Shown here: positions 13,710-26,410 of the stretch, piece by piece
Layout: each line of letters starts with the position of its first letter
How positions within the stretch are numbered: the first letter of the stretch is position 1
From: an uncultured Gemmatimonadaceae bacterium
GTDB lineage: Bacteria > Gemmatimonadota > Gemmatimonadetes > Gemmatimonadales > Gemmatimonadaceae
Assembly (NCBI GenBank): GCA_963829055.1
Contig: CAWHHI010000012.1
Span: forward strand, 96,001-160,000
Length of the DNA stretch: 64,000 nucleotides
Reading direction: 5' to 3'
The notes under the pieces: model-generated
What the model was told of the DNA's origin: nothing
The model's input: only the letters and a program-made list of their open reading frames with translations
Databases searched by the model: none
Program-made: the position numbers and the translations under genes

Positions 13710-14694
13710 TCAGCTCGTGCAGGTGTGACGCTCGCGCTCGTACATCTCGCTGCGCTCGAGCTGCACGGTGACGTGATCGATGCCGAAGAGCCGCATGGCA
13801 TCGTGCACGTGCTCGAGCACGTGCTGATGTCGATCGGCTCGCGAACGATCGCGTGCGCGCTCATCGCGACGAGTCCGGACGTGACGGTCCACACGTGCAG
13901 GTCGTGCACGGACTCGATACCCGGGAATCGCCTCGAGTTGCGTGCGAACGGAGCCGAGCGAGATGTGCGACGGCGTCGACTCGAGCAGGACATCGACCGA
14001 CTCACGAACGATTCGCCACGCGCCTCGAAGGATCAGCAGCGCCATGATGAGCGATGCGATCGGGTCCGCGGCGACCCACCCGGTCCATCGGACGATCACC
14101 GCGGCCGCCACTGTCCCGACCGAGCCAAGGAGATCGCTCAAGCACGTGCAGGTACGCCGCACGCACGTTGAGACTCGACTCGCCGGACGAGTGGAGCATG
14201 CGCGCGGCGATGACGTTGACGATCAGTCCGGCGATGGCCACGACGAGCATGAGGCCACTCTGCAGCGGCTCGGGCGCGCGCAGCCGCAGCGATGGCTTCC
14301 CAGACGATCCAGGCGGAGATGAGCAGGAGCGTCGCCCCGTTGAGGAATGCGGCGAGGACTTCCCACCGCAGGTAGCCGTAGGTCTTCTGCGGTGACGCCG
14401 GCTGCCGACTGAACCACGCGACGAACAGCGAGAGGCCAGTGCGGCGACGTCGGTGAGCATGTGACCGGCGTCGGCGAGCAGCGCGAGCGAGTTCGCGAGC
14501 CAGACCACCGACGACTTCGACGACGAGAAACACCGCCGTGACCGCCAGCGCGGCACGCAGCCGTCGCATCGGCGTGGCGTGATCGACCTCGCGTGAGGCG
14601 TCGCCGACGCGGCTCCGTGCGAGTGACCGTGCATGGCTGTGCCCGTGATGGTGCCGTGATGCTCGCCCGGCCCGTGCACGTGCAAATGACTCAT
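13710..14694 (-). CDS. Cation diffusion facilitator (CzcD/ZitB-like) with His-rich N-terminus (frameshifted)
   Basis: SLALLADAGHMLTD, TYGYLRWEVLAAFLNG, NVRAAYLHV..DLLGS, VHDLHVW, HVTVQLE. Confidence 0.92.
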
Positions 14695-14747
14695 TGCGCG
14701 CTGCGAGCTGCTGGCGGTCGGGTCGCGGCGCGCGGTATCTTGCCCTG

Positions 14748-16060
14748 GTGATCGGTCGGCTCCTCGCCATCGTCGTGCTCCTGCTGTTCAACGGGTTCTT
14801 CGTGGCCGCCGAGTTTGCGCTCGTGCGGTCGCGACGCACCCGACTCGACGCAATGGCGCGCGAGCGGCGACGCCAAGGCGCGCCTCGCGCTTCGCGCCAC
14901 CGGCAACCTCCCGCGTCTGCTCTCCGCGAGCCAGCTCGGCATCACGCTCGCGAGTCTCGCGCTCGGGTGGGTCGCCGAAAGCACGCTTGGCGAGGCGCTT
15001 GCGCAGCTGGTTCGGCTCACTGCCGTTCGCCATCGAACAATCGCTGCGCGTGAGCTTCGGCGCCATAGTCGCGCTGGCAAGCGTGACGTACCTGCACGTC
15101 GTGTTCGGCGAGCTCGCGCCGCGCGCCGTCGCGCTGAACCATCCCGAGCAGTTCGCGCGCTGGCTCGCGCCGCCGCTGATGGTGTTCGCGTGGCTCGTCG
15201 ACGCCGTTCATCGCCGTGCTGAATCGCTCGTCGCAGGCCGTGCTCAAGGTGTTCGGGCAGCGCGGCGACGTGCTCGAGGAGCCCGTGCACTCTCCCGACG
15301 AACTGCGACTGATCGTGGAGCAGAGCCAGGAAGGCGGCGCGATCCCGGCGCAGGACGCGGATCTCATCGAGGGCGTGTTCGAGTTCTCGGAGAAGAATGC
15401 GCGCGAAGTGATGACGCCGCGCACGGAAGTGGTCGCGATGCCGATCGACGCGACGCTCGACGAGGCGCTGGCCATCGTCGAGGAGAACGCATTCTCGCGC
15501 TATCCAGCGTACGACGACTCGATCGACAACATCGTCGGTCTCGTGCTCGCGAAGGATCTGCTGCGCGTGCTGCGCAGTCCGCCGGCGGGATTCACGGTCG
15601 AGTCGATCATGCGCGACGTGCACGTCGTGCCCGGCTCGCGCGAGGTCGAGGAGGTGCTGGCGGACTTCAAGCGACTCAAGGAGCACATGGCCGTCGTGCT
15701 CGACGAGTACGGTGGCACCGCGGGCATCGTGACGATGGAGGACCTGCTCGAGGAGATCGTCGGCGAGATTCTCGACGAGTACGACGAGCCGACACCGCCC
15801 GAGGCGTCGACAGACGGCTGGCGAGACGTTGGTGCCCGGGTCGCTGCACATCGGCGAGCTCAACGAGCGGTTCGGGCTGACGGTGCCGCAGGACGACTAC
15901 ACGACGATCGGCGGGTTCGTGTTCGGCTCGTTAGGCCGGCTGCCCGTCGTCGGCGATCGCGTCGCCGCGGGCGGCGCGGTGTTCACCGTGCGGCAGATGG
16001 ATGGCCGGCGGATCGAGAGCGTCGCCGTCGACGTACACCGAGCTCAGCAGCGACTGGCCG
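14748..16060 (+). CDS. CNNM/CBS/CorC-HlyC (hemolysin-family) membrane protein; 3' end uncertain
   Basis: [74 protein letters not shown]. Confidence 0.9.
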
Positions 16061-17003
16061 AGGCGCGCTCACGCGAGCGAAGCGCGATCATCGCGCAGAC
16101 GCGCACCGACTCCTTCATGCTCGACGCGTCGGCGATGCCACGACCCGCAATGTCGATCGCCGTGCCGTGATCGGGCGACGTCCGCGGGAATGGAAGGCCG
16201 AGCGTGACGTTCACGGCGCGCCCGAACGCGGCGACCTTGATGGCCGTCATGCCCGACGTCGTGATACGGCGCGATCACGGCGTCGAACTCACCGCGGAGC
16301 GCGCGCACGAATACCGTGTCCGCGGGAAACGGCCCGGCGATGCCCGCCGCGACGCGCGGCCGGCGCGCAGGATCGTGTCGTCCTCGGTGCCGAAGCGGCC
16401 GCCATCGCCGGCATGCGGGTTGAGCGCGCATAACGCGATCCGCGGAGACTCGACGCCGAACCAGTCGACGAGTCCGTCGCGCGTCACGTCGAACAGCAGC
16501 GCGCGATGGCCTCCGCGGTCACGGCGTCCGGGACGTCGCGCAGCGGCAATGTGCGTCGTCGCGAGCACGACACGCAGCGGGATGCGTGCGCCCATCGTCG
16601 CTCGCACTCGATGCGAGCATCATCGCGACCGTGCGCCCGTCAGCGCGGCGAGCATTTCCGTGTGGCCCGGGATAGTCGTAACCGCCGGCGAGGAGCGCGG
16701 CCTTGTCGATCGGCGCGGTGACGATGCCATCGACGTCGCCCGACTGCGCCAGCGTCGACCGCGCGCTCGATGGCGCGGCCGGCAAGACGTCCGGCAGCGG
16801 CGGCGCGGTGCAGTGCGGTCGCCGCTCGCGGTCCACTCACCGACTGGATCGATCGACCGTTGACGCCGGTGCCCGACGGCCCGACGAGCACGAGCTCAGC
16901 GATCGCGCGACATGCCGGCGTCCGACTGAACGGCGGCGACGATCTCCGGACCAATGCCGCGCGGGTCGCCTAACGTGACAGCGAGACGGATCCGGTTCGT
17001 CAC
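16044..17003 (-). CDS. pdxA: 4-hydroxythreonine-4-phosphate dehydrogenase PdxA (frameshifted)
   Basis: [55 protein letters not shown]. Confidence 0.93.
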
Positions 17004-17032
17004 GTGGCGACCGCCGCGCAGCCGGATCCGCG

Positions 17033-18415
17033 TCAGATGCGAACCGAGACGTACAGATCCTTGCGCATCTGATCGATCACGCGACGCATGCCTCGCTCCT
17101 GCGCGAGCTGATCGCGAATCTGGTTCTTGAAGTCGGAGAGCGTGTAGTCGCCGCCGTCGTCGGCCTTCACGATCTGGGCGACGACGTACTTCTTCGCGGC
17201 GCGCGCCGGGTCGTCGATAGCGAACGGCGGAACGAACGCGCCCGTGCCCTTGCCCTCGAACGCGGTGCGGTACGACTCGGGAAGCTGCGTGCGGTCGAAC
17301 GGCTGGAGGCTGCCCTTCTCTTCCTGGCCCGCGTTATCGTGATACTTGGCGGCGAGCGAGTCGAAGTTCGCGCCCGCCTGCCACAGCGCCGACACGCTAT
17401 CCGCGCGCAGCCTTCGCCGCAGCGATGTCGGCGGAGTCGATGTGCGGACGGATCAGAATGTGGCGCGCCTTCACTTCGCCTGGCTGCACGCGATCGACGC
17501 GAATGATGTGGAAGCCGAACGTGGTTTCGATCACGGGGCTCATCTGCCCCGGCGCGAGCGCGAACATCCAGCGTTCGAACTCAGGCACCATCTGCCCTCG
17601 GCGATTCCAGCCGAGGTCACCGCCAAGCTCCTTCGACGACGGGTCCATCGACTCGCGCTTGGCGATCTGCTCGAAGTCACCGCCCTTGCGCACTTCGACC
17701 AGCAGCGACTCGGCTTTCGCCCTGGCAGCGGCCTTCGCCTTATCGGACGGACGTGCCGGGACGACGATCTGACGGAACGTGACGGTCGCCGGACGCTTCG
17801 GAAGGTTCGTCTTGGACTTCTCGAACGCTTCGTTCACGTCCTGCTCGCTCACCGGGACGGGGACGATCTTGCCGTTCTGGCGCATCTTGGCGAACAGCTT
17901 TTCCTGCAGCGCGCTGCGCCGCGAGCGCTCGTTCATCCAGCGCTTGTATTCTTCCGGCGTTCCGAAACCGCCGCTCTTGAGCGCCTGCGCGAACTCCGCG
18001 TCGGTCTTGAACTGACCACGCACGCGCTTCACCTGCGCGTCGGCCGCGTTCTGCACATCGAGATCCGAGACGTGGACGGACGTGTCGCGCAGCGCGTGCT
18101 GCACGATCACTTCCTCGTCGATCATCTCCTGAATGACGTCGCGGGCCATCTCCATCTGTTCGGTGGAGTCGGTGGGCAACTTGAGCCCACGCGCGCGACG
18201 CTCGTTGATCTCCTCCATGACTTCGGTCCAGCAGGATCGGGCGGTCGCCGACGACGCTGCGATATCCGTCGACCTGAAGCCCCGCGGTATCCGTGGGGAG
18301 CGTCGGGCGCGTAGGGGCGCCAGCAGGTACAGGCGGCGTGTTCTGCGCAAATGCAGCAGGCGCGGCGAGCAACAGTCGCGACCGCAGCGAGTCGAAGCGT
18401 TTTCAGAGTCGTCAT
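17033..18415 (-). CDS. surA: SurA-like chaperone/parvulin peptidyl-prolyl isomerase
   Basis: Signal peptide, SurA N-domain, FEQIAKRESMD..GGDLGW, MVPEFE, ETTFGFHII; adjacent to pdxA as in the canonical surA-pdxA arrangement. Confidence 0.8.
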
Positions 18416-18502
18416 GGCGGATTCTACCCGGCTACGGCGGCGCTGGTCCGCCGCGGCCTCAAAGCGATGAGCGGGCGGGATATCCGCCCGCTCATCTGGA
18501 GC

Positions 18503-19986
18503 CTACGGTTTCTTGGTCGAATCAGGCGCCGGCGTCGGCGCTGCTGGCGCAGGCGTCGGTGCACCGGGCTGGCCGCCGGCAGCGGAACAGCCGACGGCGG
18601 CTGCTGCGCGGCTCGCGTCGAGTCGGCCACTGTGCGCAGACGCTGCGCGCGCTCGAGCGCGCGATCGATGCCCGCCGCGTTCACCTTGTAGTCGTACTTG
18701 CGTGTGCAGCGCGGCTTCGAGCGTCGGCTGCACCGGAACGAACTGCTCGTCCTTCGTGAGCAGACGATCCATGTAGTTGTCGACGCGCGCGGCGGCGAGC
18801 CGCTCGCGCTCGGCAACGGTCTTCGCGCTGTCGGCGAGTCGGTTCGGCGAGATGTTGAGTCCGGACCAGGTGTTCGCGACCATGCCGACGAACGCGCGAC
18901 GAATCTCGTTCGTCTCCGACGTGTCGAGCGTGATCTTCGCGCTGTCCGCCTGATGCAGGAACAGCTCGTTCCGGACGATCGCCTTCACGAACTCCGGCAG
19001 CAGCGGAGTCCGGCGCCTGCTGGATCTGCTGGCGAAGCTGCTGGGGGTTCGGGGAACGCCGTGATCCACTGCGCCGACCGCGCCGCGGTGAGGTCGCCCA
19101 GCGTCGACGTGGCGATGACCGTCTTGTCGTCCTTGTGCGCGTCCGGCGCGGAGGCGATCGCCTTCACGACGGCGGGCGCGTTAGGCTTGACCTGCACCTT
19201 CGCCTTCTCGGTCGAGCTTGGCGACGTACGTGCTCTCGCCGGTGCGCTGCGCGCCCTGGTTGTTCGCGGCCGCGAACTGATCCTTCACCTCGTCGTAGGT
19301 CGAGCGACGAATGATGTGGTAGCCGAACTGCGACCGGACGGGCTGCGAGATCTCGCCGGGCTTGAGCGCCGCGAGCGCGTTCGCCGAACTCCGGGACCAT
19401 CTGCTCCTTCGGGAACACGCCGAGATCGCCACCGGGGCCAGCGGCGCTCGGGCTGGTTGTACTTCGTCGCCATGTCGGCGAAGTTCGCCGACGTCAGCTG
19501 CGCGCGAACCGACTGCGCCTTCTTGAGGGCCGAGTCCGCGGCAGGGCTGTTGCCCGCGGGTGCGTTGAACAGAATGTGTCGAGCCGCGAGCAACTTGCCG
19601 CTCGCATACGCCGCCGCATTGCCAGCCGTGTCCGTCGATGCCCAGGTCTTGGCGCGATCACGTCGTACAACTTCTTGATGCGCGTGTTCGTGGTCGCGGG
19701 CCACATCGCCTCGTCGATCAGCTCCGGCTGATTGAGCGAGTCGTTATGCGCGGCGGCGCGGGCGAGGAGCTGATAGTTCACCCACATGTCCGCGACCGTC
19801 TGCGACGACGTCGCGACGAAGCGGGATCTTCGACGCGCCGAGCAGCTCGGCGAGTCGGGTGACGGAGAGCTCCTGTGAGCCGGCGCGCGCGGCGACGTCG
19901 ACGTGCGCAGTCATCGCCTCCTTGAAACCGTCGCACGCGACGAGTGGAGCGCAAACGGCGAGGGCGAGGACGAGAGGACGTTTCAT
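18503..19986 (-). CDS. Parvulin (PpiC-type) peptidyl-prolyl isomerase lipoprotein (frameshifted)
   Basis: Lipobox LVAC; ARHILF, GGDLGVF, MVPEF, SQPVRSQFGYHII. Confidence 0.8.
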
Positions 19987-20109
19987 CGGGAAAGGAATTG
20001 GAGTTAGCCCGTCAGCATGACGCGAGGAGCCGTCGGTGACCCGAGAACGGCACAGCGCGAAACGCCAATGGGCGGGCGGTGACTGTTACACGTCGACTGT
20101 CGCGAACGT

Positions 20110-23100
20110 TCACGCGACGGCCAAACCTCTGAGAGCACGGACGAGCCCGTCGAGGATGGCTGAACCGCCGACACGTGTCAGTTTGAGCGAAAGCGGGTGC
20201 GTGCGACGCACCTCGGCCTGGAACTGCACCTCGTGGAACGCGGCCGACAGCCCCTTCATCCGGGGAACAGCGGTGTCGCGAAAAGTAACACGGGCCTCGT
20301 CGCCGCGCACCAAGAGACCGTCGATCCCCAGCGCCCCGCCGACGACCCGCAGGGTGGCGGTGGCGAAGAACGCTTCGGCGGGCGGAGGAAGCGGCCCGAA
20401 ACGGTCGCGGACCTCGGCGCGGAGCTCCTCAATGGACTCCGGCGCGTCCAAGCGCGCTCAGCCGACGATAGACGTCGAGCTTGGCGTCCTGCGACGGGAT
20501 GAAATCGTCCGGCAGATAGGCCGGGAGGTCGAGCGACACGTCGGACGGCACGAGCTTCGGCCGGCCGCCGCCGTCCATGACGCGCCGCACCGTCTCCTCG
20601 AGCATGCGGAGGTACATGTCGAACCCAACCGCGTGCACGAAGCCCGACTGTTCCGGGCCCGAGCAGGTTGCCGGCCCCGCGGAGCTCGAGGTCCTTGAGC
20701 GCCACGCGGTAGCCGGAGCCGAGCTCGGTGTGGTGCTCGAGCACCTGCAGCCGGCGCTCGGCGTCGGCATCGATGGCGTCGGGAACCATCAGATAGCAGT
20801 ACGCACGGCGGTGCGACCGGCCGACGCGACCGCGCAGCTGGTACAGCTGCGCCAGACCGAACGTGTCGGCGCGGTTCACGAACATCGTGTTCGCGTTCGG
20901 CACGTCGAGGCCGGACTCGACGATCATCGTCGAGACGAGCACGTCGACGTCGCCGGCGACGAAGCGGTGCATGACGTCCTCGAGATCGCGCTCGCGCATC
21001 TGCCCGTGGCCCACGGCAACGCGGGCGCGCGGAACGATGCGGCGAATGCGGTCCGAGATCGCCTCGATGGTCTCGATGCGGTTGTGCACGAAGAACACCT
21101 GGCCGCCGCGATCGAGCTCGCGCGCGATGCCTTCCTCGATCAGCGCCTCGTCCCACGGCTCGACGAACGTGAGCACCGGCGAGCGGTCGCGCGGCGCGGT
21201 CTGCATGAGCGTCATGTCGCGCAGGCCGGCGAGCGACAGATGCAGCGTGCGCGGAATCGGGGTCGCGGTGAGCGTCAGCACGTCGGTCTCGAGCCGCAAG
21301 TTGCTTGAGCCGCTCCTTGTGCTTCACGCCGAAGCGATGCTCCTCGTCGATGACGATGAGGCCGAGGTTCGCGAACCTAACGTCGGGACTCAGCAGACGG
21401 TGGGTGCCGATGATGATGTCCACCTTCTTCGCGGCGAGCTCCGCCAGCGTGTCCGTCTGCTCCTTGGCCGACTGGAACCGGCTCAACGCGGCGACGCGAA
21501 TCGGGAAGTCGGCGAAGCGCTCGCTGAACGTCCGCTGATGCTGATCGGCGAGAATCGTCGTCGGGCACGAGAACGGCGACCTGGCGATCGGACTGCACGG
21601 CCTTGAATGCAGCGCGCACCGCGATCTCGGTCTTCCCATAGCCGACGTCGCCGACGAGCAGGCGATCCATGGGACGCGGCTTCTCCATGTCCCCTTGACG
21701 TCGACCGTGGCCTTCCGCTGATCGGGCGTGTCCTCGAAGAGGAACGAGGACTCGAGCTGGCGTTGCCACGCGCGTATCCGGAAAGTGCGGCGGGCGCGAT
21801 GCGACCTGTCGGCGCGCGTAGAGGTCGAGCAGCTCGACGGTCATCTCCTGAATGGCCGCGCGCGTGCGGTCGCGCTGCTGCGCCCAGCGTTTGCCGCCGA
21901 GCTTGTGCAGGCGCGGCGGCGCGGCGTCGCCGTCCGCATCGCCGGCGGCGCGGTAGCGCTCGATCTGGTCAATGCGGTACAGCGGCACGTTGAGCCGATC
22001 GCCGCCTTCGTACTCGATCACGGCGACTTCGACGGTGCTCTCGCCGACGAAGATCGTCTGCAGCCCGCGGTAGATCCCAACGCCGTGCTCGAGGTGGACG
22101 ACGAAGTCACCCGACTTGAGCGCGGTGATCGCCTCGAGGGTCGCACCGGTTGTGTAGCGCCGCGCGCGCCGAAGGCGTCGCTCTCGTCGGAAGATCTCGT
22201 GGTCGGTGAGGACACGAAGCCCCGATTGTCGGGAATCGGGAATCGGGAATCGGGAATCGACCTCGGCGACGGGTGGAATTACGAAACCGCCGTCCAGCAC
22301 GCCAATGACCAGTGCGGCTGGCGACGGAGCGAACGTGTCCTCGTTCAGCAGCTCATCGAGACGCTCGGCCTGACCTTCGTTGTCGCAGAGGATGATCGTC
22401 GGCATCCCGTCGCGGACGATGCGACGCAGCCGCTTGATGTCGCGATCGATCGCGTCCGGGTGACGAATCGGGAAGACCACGTCGGCGCCGGTGCCTGCGC
22501 CCGGCACAAGCGCGATCGTGCCGAATTCCGTGAGCGACCGCGAGCACGTCCGCCGGCGGCTGAAACAGCTCGTCGCGACGCGGCACGTCTTCGCCGCGTC
22601 GGCGCGCGAGGTCGAGGTGGTGCTGCGCCTCATCCCACGTGCGCTGAAGCTCTGGCTCGAGGTGCGCGTCGCCCGGAACGACGACGATCGTCTCCGGCGG
22701 CCACAGCGACGAAACGGAGACGCGCTCGAACTCTGCTTCCTCGTCGTCAGGAACGCCGCCGTCGACCGGGAGGATGATCGCGACGTCGGCTGCGCGGGTG
22801 GAGCGCTGGCTGTGCAGGTCGAAGTGGCGAAGCTCGACGATCTCGTCGCCCCAGAACTCGAGGCGCACCGGGTCGGCCATGCCGAAGCCGTAGATGTCGA
22901 AGATGCCGCCGCGCACCGAGAACTGCGCGACATCGTCGACCATCGGCACGCGCTCGAAGCCAACACGCTCGAGATGCTGCGGCGATCTCCTCGGGTCGCC
23001 TAACGTCGCCCTTGCGGATCTCGAGCCGCGCCCCGCGCAAGCGTCGTCGGCAGCCGCGTGCGCTCGAGCAGCGCGCGGGCCGTCGTGAGCAGGATGCGGA

Positions 23101-23448
23101 CGTTTCCGCGCGAGACACGCTCCAGCGTCTCCACTCGCTCGCCGGCGATCTCGGCGTGGGGCTCGACCTCACCGAATCCTTCACGCGGCGGATACAGCGC
23201 AACAGGCGTCTCGTCGAGAATCGCCTGCAGGTCGGCGAGCCAGCGTTCTGCCTGCGGAACGCCTTCGGTCGACGACGACGAAGAACCGCGTCGGCAGACG
23301 ACGCACGAGCGCGGCCAGCACGACGGCATCGCTCGAGCCCGGCGAGCCCACCAATCGTCAGACGGCGACCGGGCTCGGGGACTGTGTTGAGAACTCGCGC
23401 GAACGCCGGCAGCGCCGCGACCGCATCGATCAGCGTCGGAAGAGCCAC
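20110..23448 (-). CDS. mfd: Transcription-repair coupling factor Mfd (frameshifted)
   Basis: [75 protein letters not shown]. Confidence 0.96.
22231..22258. repeat. (GGGAATC)x4 heptamer tandem repeat inside mfd
   Basis: Direct reading; translated in frame as [12 protein letters not shown]. Confidence 0.9.
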
Positions 23449-25316
23449 TACGCTGCCGCCTTGACCGCCGCTCGACTCGAGCGGTCGCCGCTGCCGCGCG
23501 CGATGATCGCCTCGGCGACGAGCACGAGCGCGGCGAGAATCAACAACGGAGTGGAGAGAGGTCGGCGCGCCGACCCGGTGTACGCGTCGTCGCGCCCAGC
23601 GCTCGCCGTCAGCGGTGACGCTCACGTCGCGACCATCGAAGCGCGCGCGGAACGTCGCCGCGGGCAGACGTGCGAGCGTTGACTCGTCGGGCTCGCTGTT
23701 CACGACGACGGCGCCAGCCTTCGCTCCAGCGCGTCGCAGGAAGTACACGCCCGCGCGGTCGGGCGCGATGATCTCGCCGCTCGCGATGGGCACCGCCTGA
23801 CCGGACGCGTCGTCGATGGTCTGCACGCCTGCCGGCGCACGAAGGCGTGCGCCTGGAGACGGCGAGCAGCAGTACGCCGGCATCACCCGCGAGCCGCTGC
23901 GATGCTGCCTCGGCGAGCCACGGAAGAAAGCCGGCGCGCACTGGAAGGTCCGTTGCCGCCGGATCGAGAGGCGATGCGATAATGACATACCGATCACCGC
24001 CGACAGCCCATGGCTCGGTGCCGACGCGCGCCAGCGTGTCCGCGGCGGCGTCGCCAATTGCGCGTCAGCGGATAGCGCATGGTGACGGTCGACGCCATCG
24101 AGCAGCTTCGACGTGACGCTCGCAGGCTCGCGGACAGTACCCGTCTCGCGCTTTGCCGCCCCGAATCGCCACGGCACATTCAATCGCTCGAGCGCGCGGT
24201 TCGCGGCGCCGACGCGCACCGGATCCGCTGGCGCGACGATCAGCGCGGGGAGCCGAGTCAGCGCGTCGGCGGGAGCAATCGCCGCGTCGGCGCCGAGTCG
24301 CAGACGATCGCTCTGTACGAGCGCGTCGACGGCCGTCCGAACGAACGGTCCGACGGTCGGCATCGACGGATACCGCCGGCGCCGCGCCGATCCACGCCGC
24401 GAAGTATCGCACGTCGTCGCCGCGAAGCTCGTCCGGCTCGAGCTCGACCGAGCCCGCGACCCACCCGCGCTCGGGCGGCGCAGCCCTAACGAGGATCTCC
24501 CCGTCCGCAACGGCGGTGCCACGCGCGAGCGTGCGAGCGGCGGTGCCGGTACCTCCGATGCCGATCCGATACGTCGCGGAGTCCGCGCCTAACGTGCGCG
24601 CCACCACACTGCCGCGCGGCGTCCAACGCGTCGGACGAGCCTCGGCCACGATGACCGCGTGGTTCGCTGGCAGTGCACCGGTCGGCACGAGTGCGCTGAC
24701 ACCAACGTCCACGACTGGCGGTCGCGCGACGCCACGAGGTCGCCTGACCGTCGGTCGCGACGGCGACATGACGCGCGGGCAGCCCTGCCCCGCGCACGAG
24801 ACCGACGGCGCGGGTCAGCGCCGCGGGGAGATCGCCGGCGCCGGCAATGGGCTCCAGTCGCTGAATGGCATCGGCGACAGCGGAGCTCGAACCGCCGACG
24901 ACGCGTCCATCGGCAGTGACGAGCCATACGCGATCAGACGGTGTTGCCTGACGCGCGGCGAGCAGCGCCGCGGCGCGGAGCCGCCGGAACAGCGGTGCAC
25001 CGTCGATGATCGTGGATGTGCTGAGCGAGTTGTCCAGCACGATCGCCAATGCCGTCGGCGCGTGACCCGACCCAATGAGTCGGCCAACCGGTCGCGCGGC
25101 GGCCAGCGCGATGAGCAGCACGGCGAGAATGCGCAGCAACATCAGCAGCCAGTTCTTCAGCTTGAGCTTTCGGCTGTTTTCTCTTTCGGCGCGCAGGATG
25201 TATCGGGCCGCCGGAAATTCCACGCGGAGCGAGATGCGGCGCCGCAGCAGGTGGAGCAGCAGCGGAACGGCGGCCGCGCCAGCGAGCAGCAGGTAGAGTG
25301 GCTCGAGAAAGCTCAC
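23448..25316 (-). CDS. BatA N-terminal plus vWA-domain membrane protein (frameshifted)
   Basis: MSFLEPLYLLL..AAVPLLLHLL, LLMLLRILAVLLIALAAARP, VLDNSLS, VATDGQ. Confidence 0.85.
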
Positions 25317-26226
25317 GGCAACCGTTGGCGAGCGGCGAACGCCTTGCGGAGCGGCACGCCGAATGGAACGTCAGTCGTGAACACCTCGTACCCCGCGCCG
25401 GTCGACTGCAGCGACTCGCGCCACTCGCCGATCGCTTCTTCGACGGTCTCGCGATACGCGGATCGCACGTCGGCGACGGTCGCGCTGACCTCGAGGCCGG
25501 ACTCCGGATCGGCGAAGACCGCTTCGCCGCCCAGGGTAAGGTCGCGCTCCGCCGGGTCCATGATGTGGAGGACGGTGACATCATGGCCGACAGCGCGCAG
25601 CAAGCGGATAGCCTCCGCGACTCCGGCGGTGTCGACGAGCAGGTCGGATATGAGAACGACCATACCTGGCCGACGAATCAGGCGCGCCGCCTGAAGGAGC
25701 GCCGCGGACGCGATTGGACGCGAGCCCGGCCCCGTCTTCTTCGAGCGCGTGCAGGATGCGACGCCACTGCGCGGTTCTGGCCTTGGGCGGAATCACCGTG
25801 CGCAGACTGTCGTCGTAGCGGATGAACCCGACCGCGTCACGCTGCCGGATCAGCAGGAGCGACAGCGCGGCGACCAGCTGCTCGGCGTACGCGCTGCTTC
25901 GTCAGACGCGTGGGATCGCTCGACCACGCCATGGAGCGGCTGACGTCGAGGATGATCGTCGCCCGGAGATTCGTCTCCTCCTCGAACTGCTTGACGACCC
26001 ATTTGTTCGACCGTGCCGCGATCTTCCAGTCGATGTAGCGGAGGTCGTCGCCCGGCTGATAGGCGCGATACTCCGCGAACTCCACCGAGAACCCCTTACG
26101 GGGGGACCGGTGAAGGCCGGTGAGGAAGCCGTCGACCACCCACCGCGCGATGATCTCGACGTGGCCGAGCGATGCGAGACTTGCGGGGTCGAACAGATCG
26201 GCGCGGACGGCGCGGGAGCTTTCCAT
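25313..26226 (-). CDS. DUF58-domain protein (MoxR-associated)
   Basis: GLHRSPRKGFSVEFAEYRAYQPGDDLRYIDWK, VKQFEEETN, LDVSRSM, VVLISDL. Confidence 0.9.
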
Positions 26227-26410
26227 CGAGCGGGGGAAGATAATTGGCGCGACCGCCACTGGGAGAATGGGGCCGCATGAATCGTGACCAGTCGCTCAGG
26301 GCCAGGCAGGCCAGTTCACCGGCCCGGGGTTGTGCCTCATCAGCGGTTGGTCGAGGACGTGTGGGTGGCTATCTTAGGAGGCTTCGCCGTACATCCTCGC
26401 CGGAATCTCC

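Noticed and set aside
16044..16170. Apparent long convergent overlap of the hemolysin-family gene and pdxA
   Set aside because: Probably caused by an indel near the stop codons; cannot be supported without polishing.
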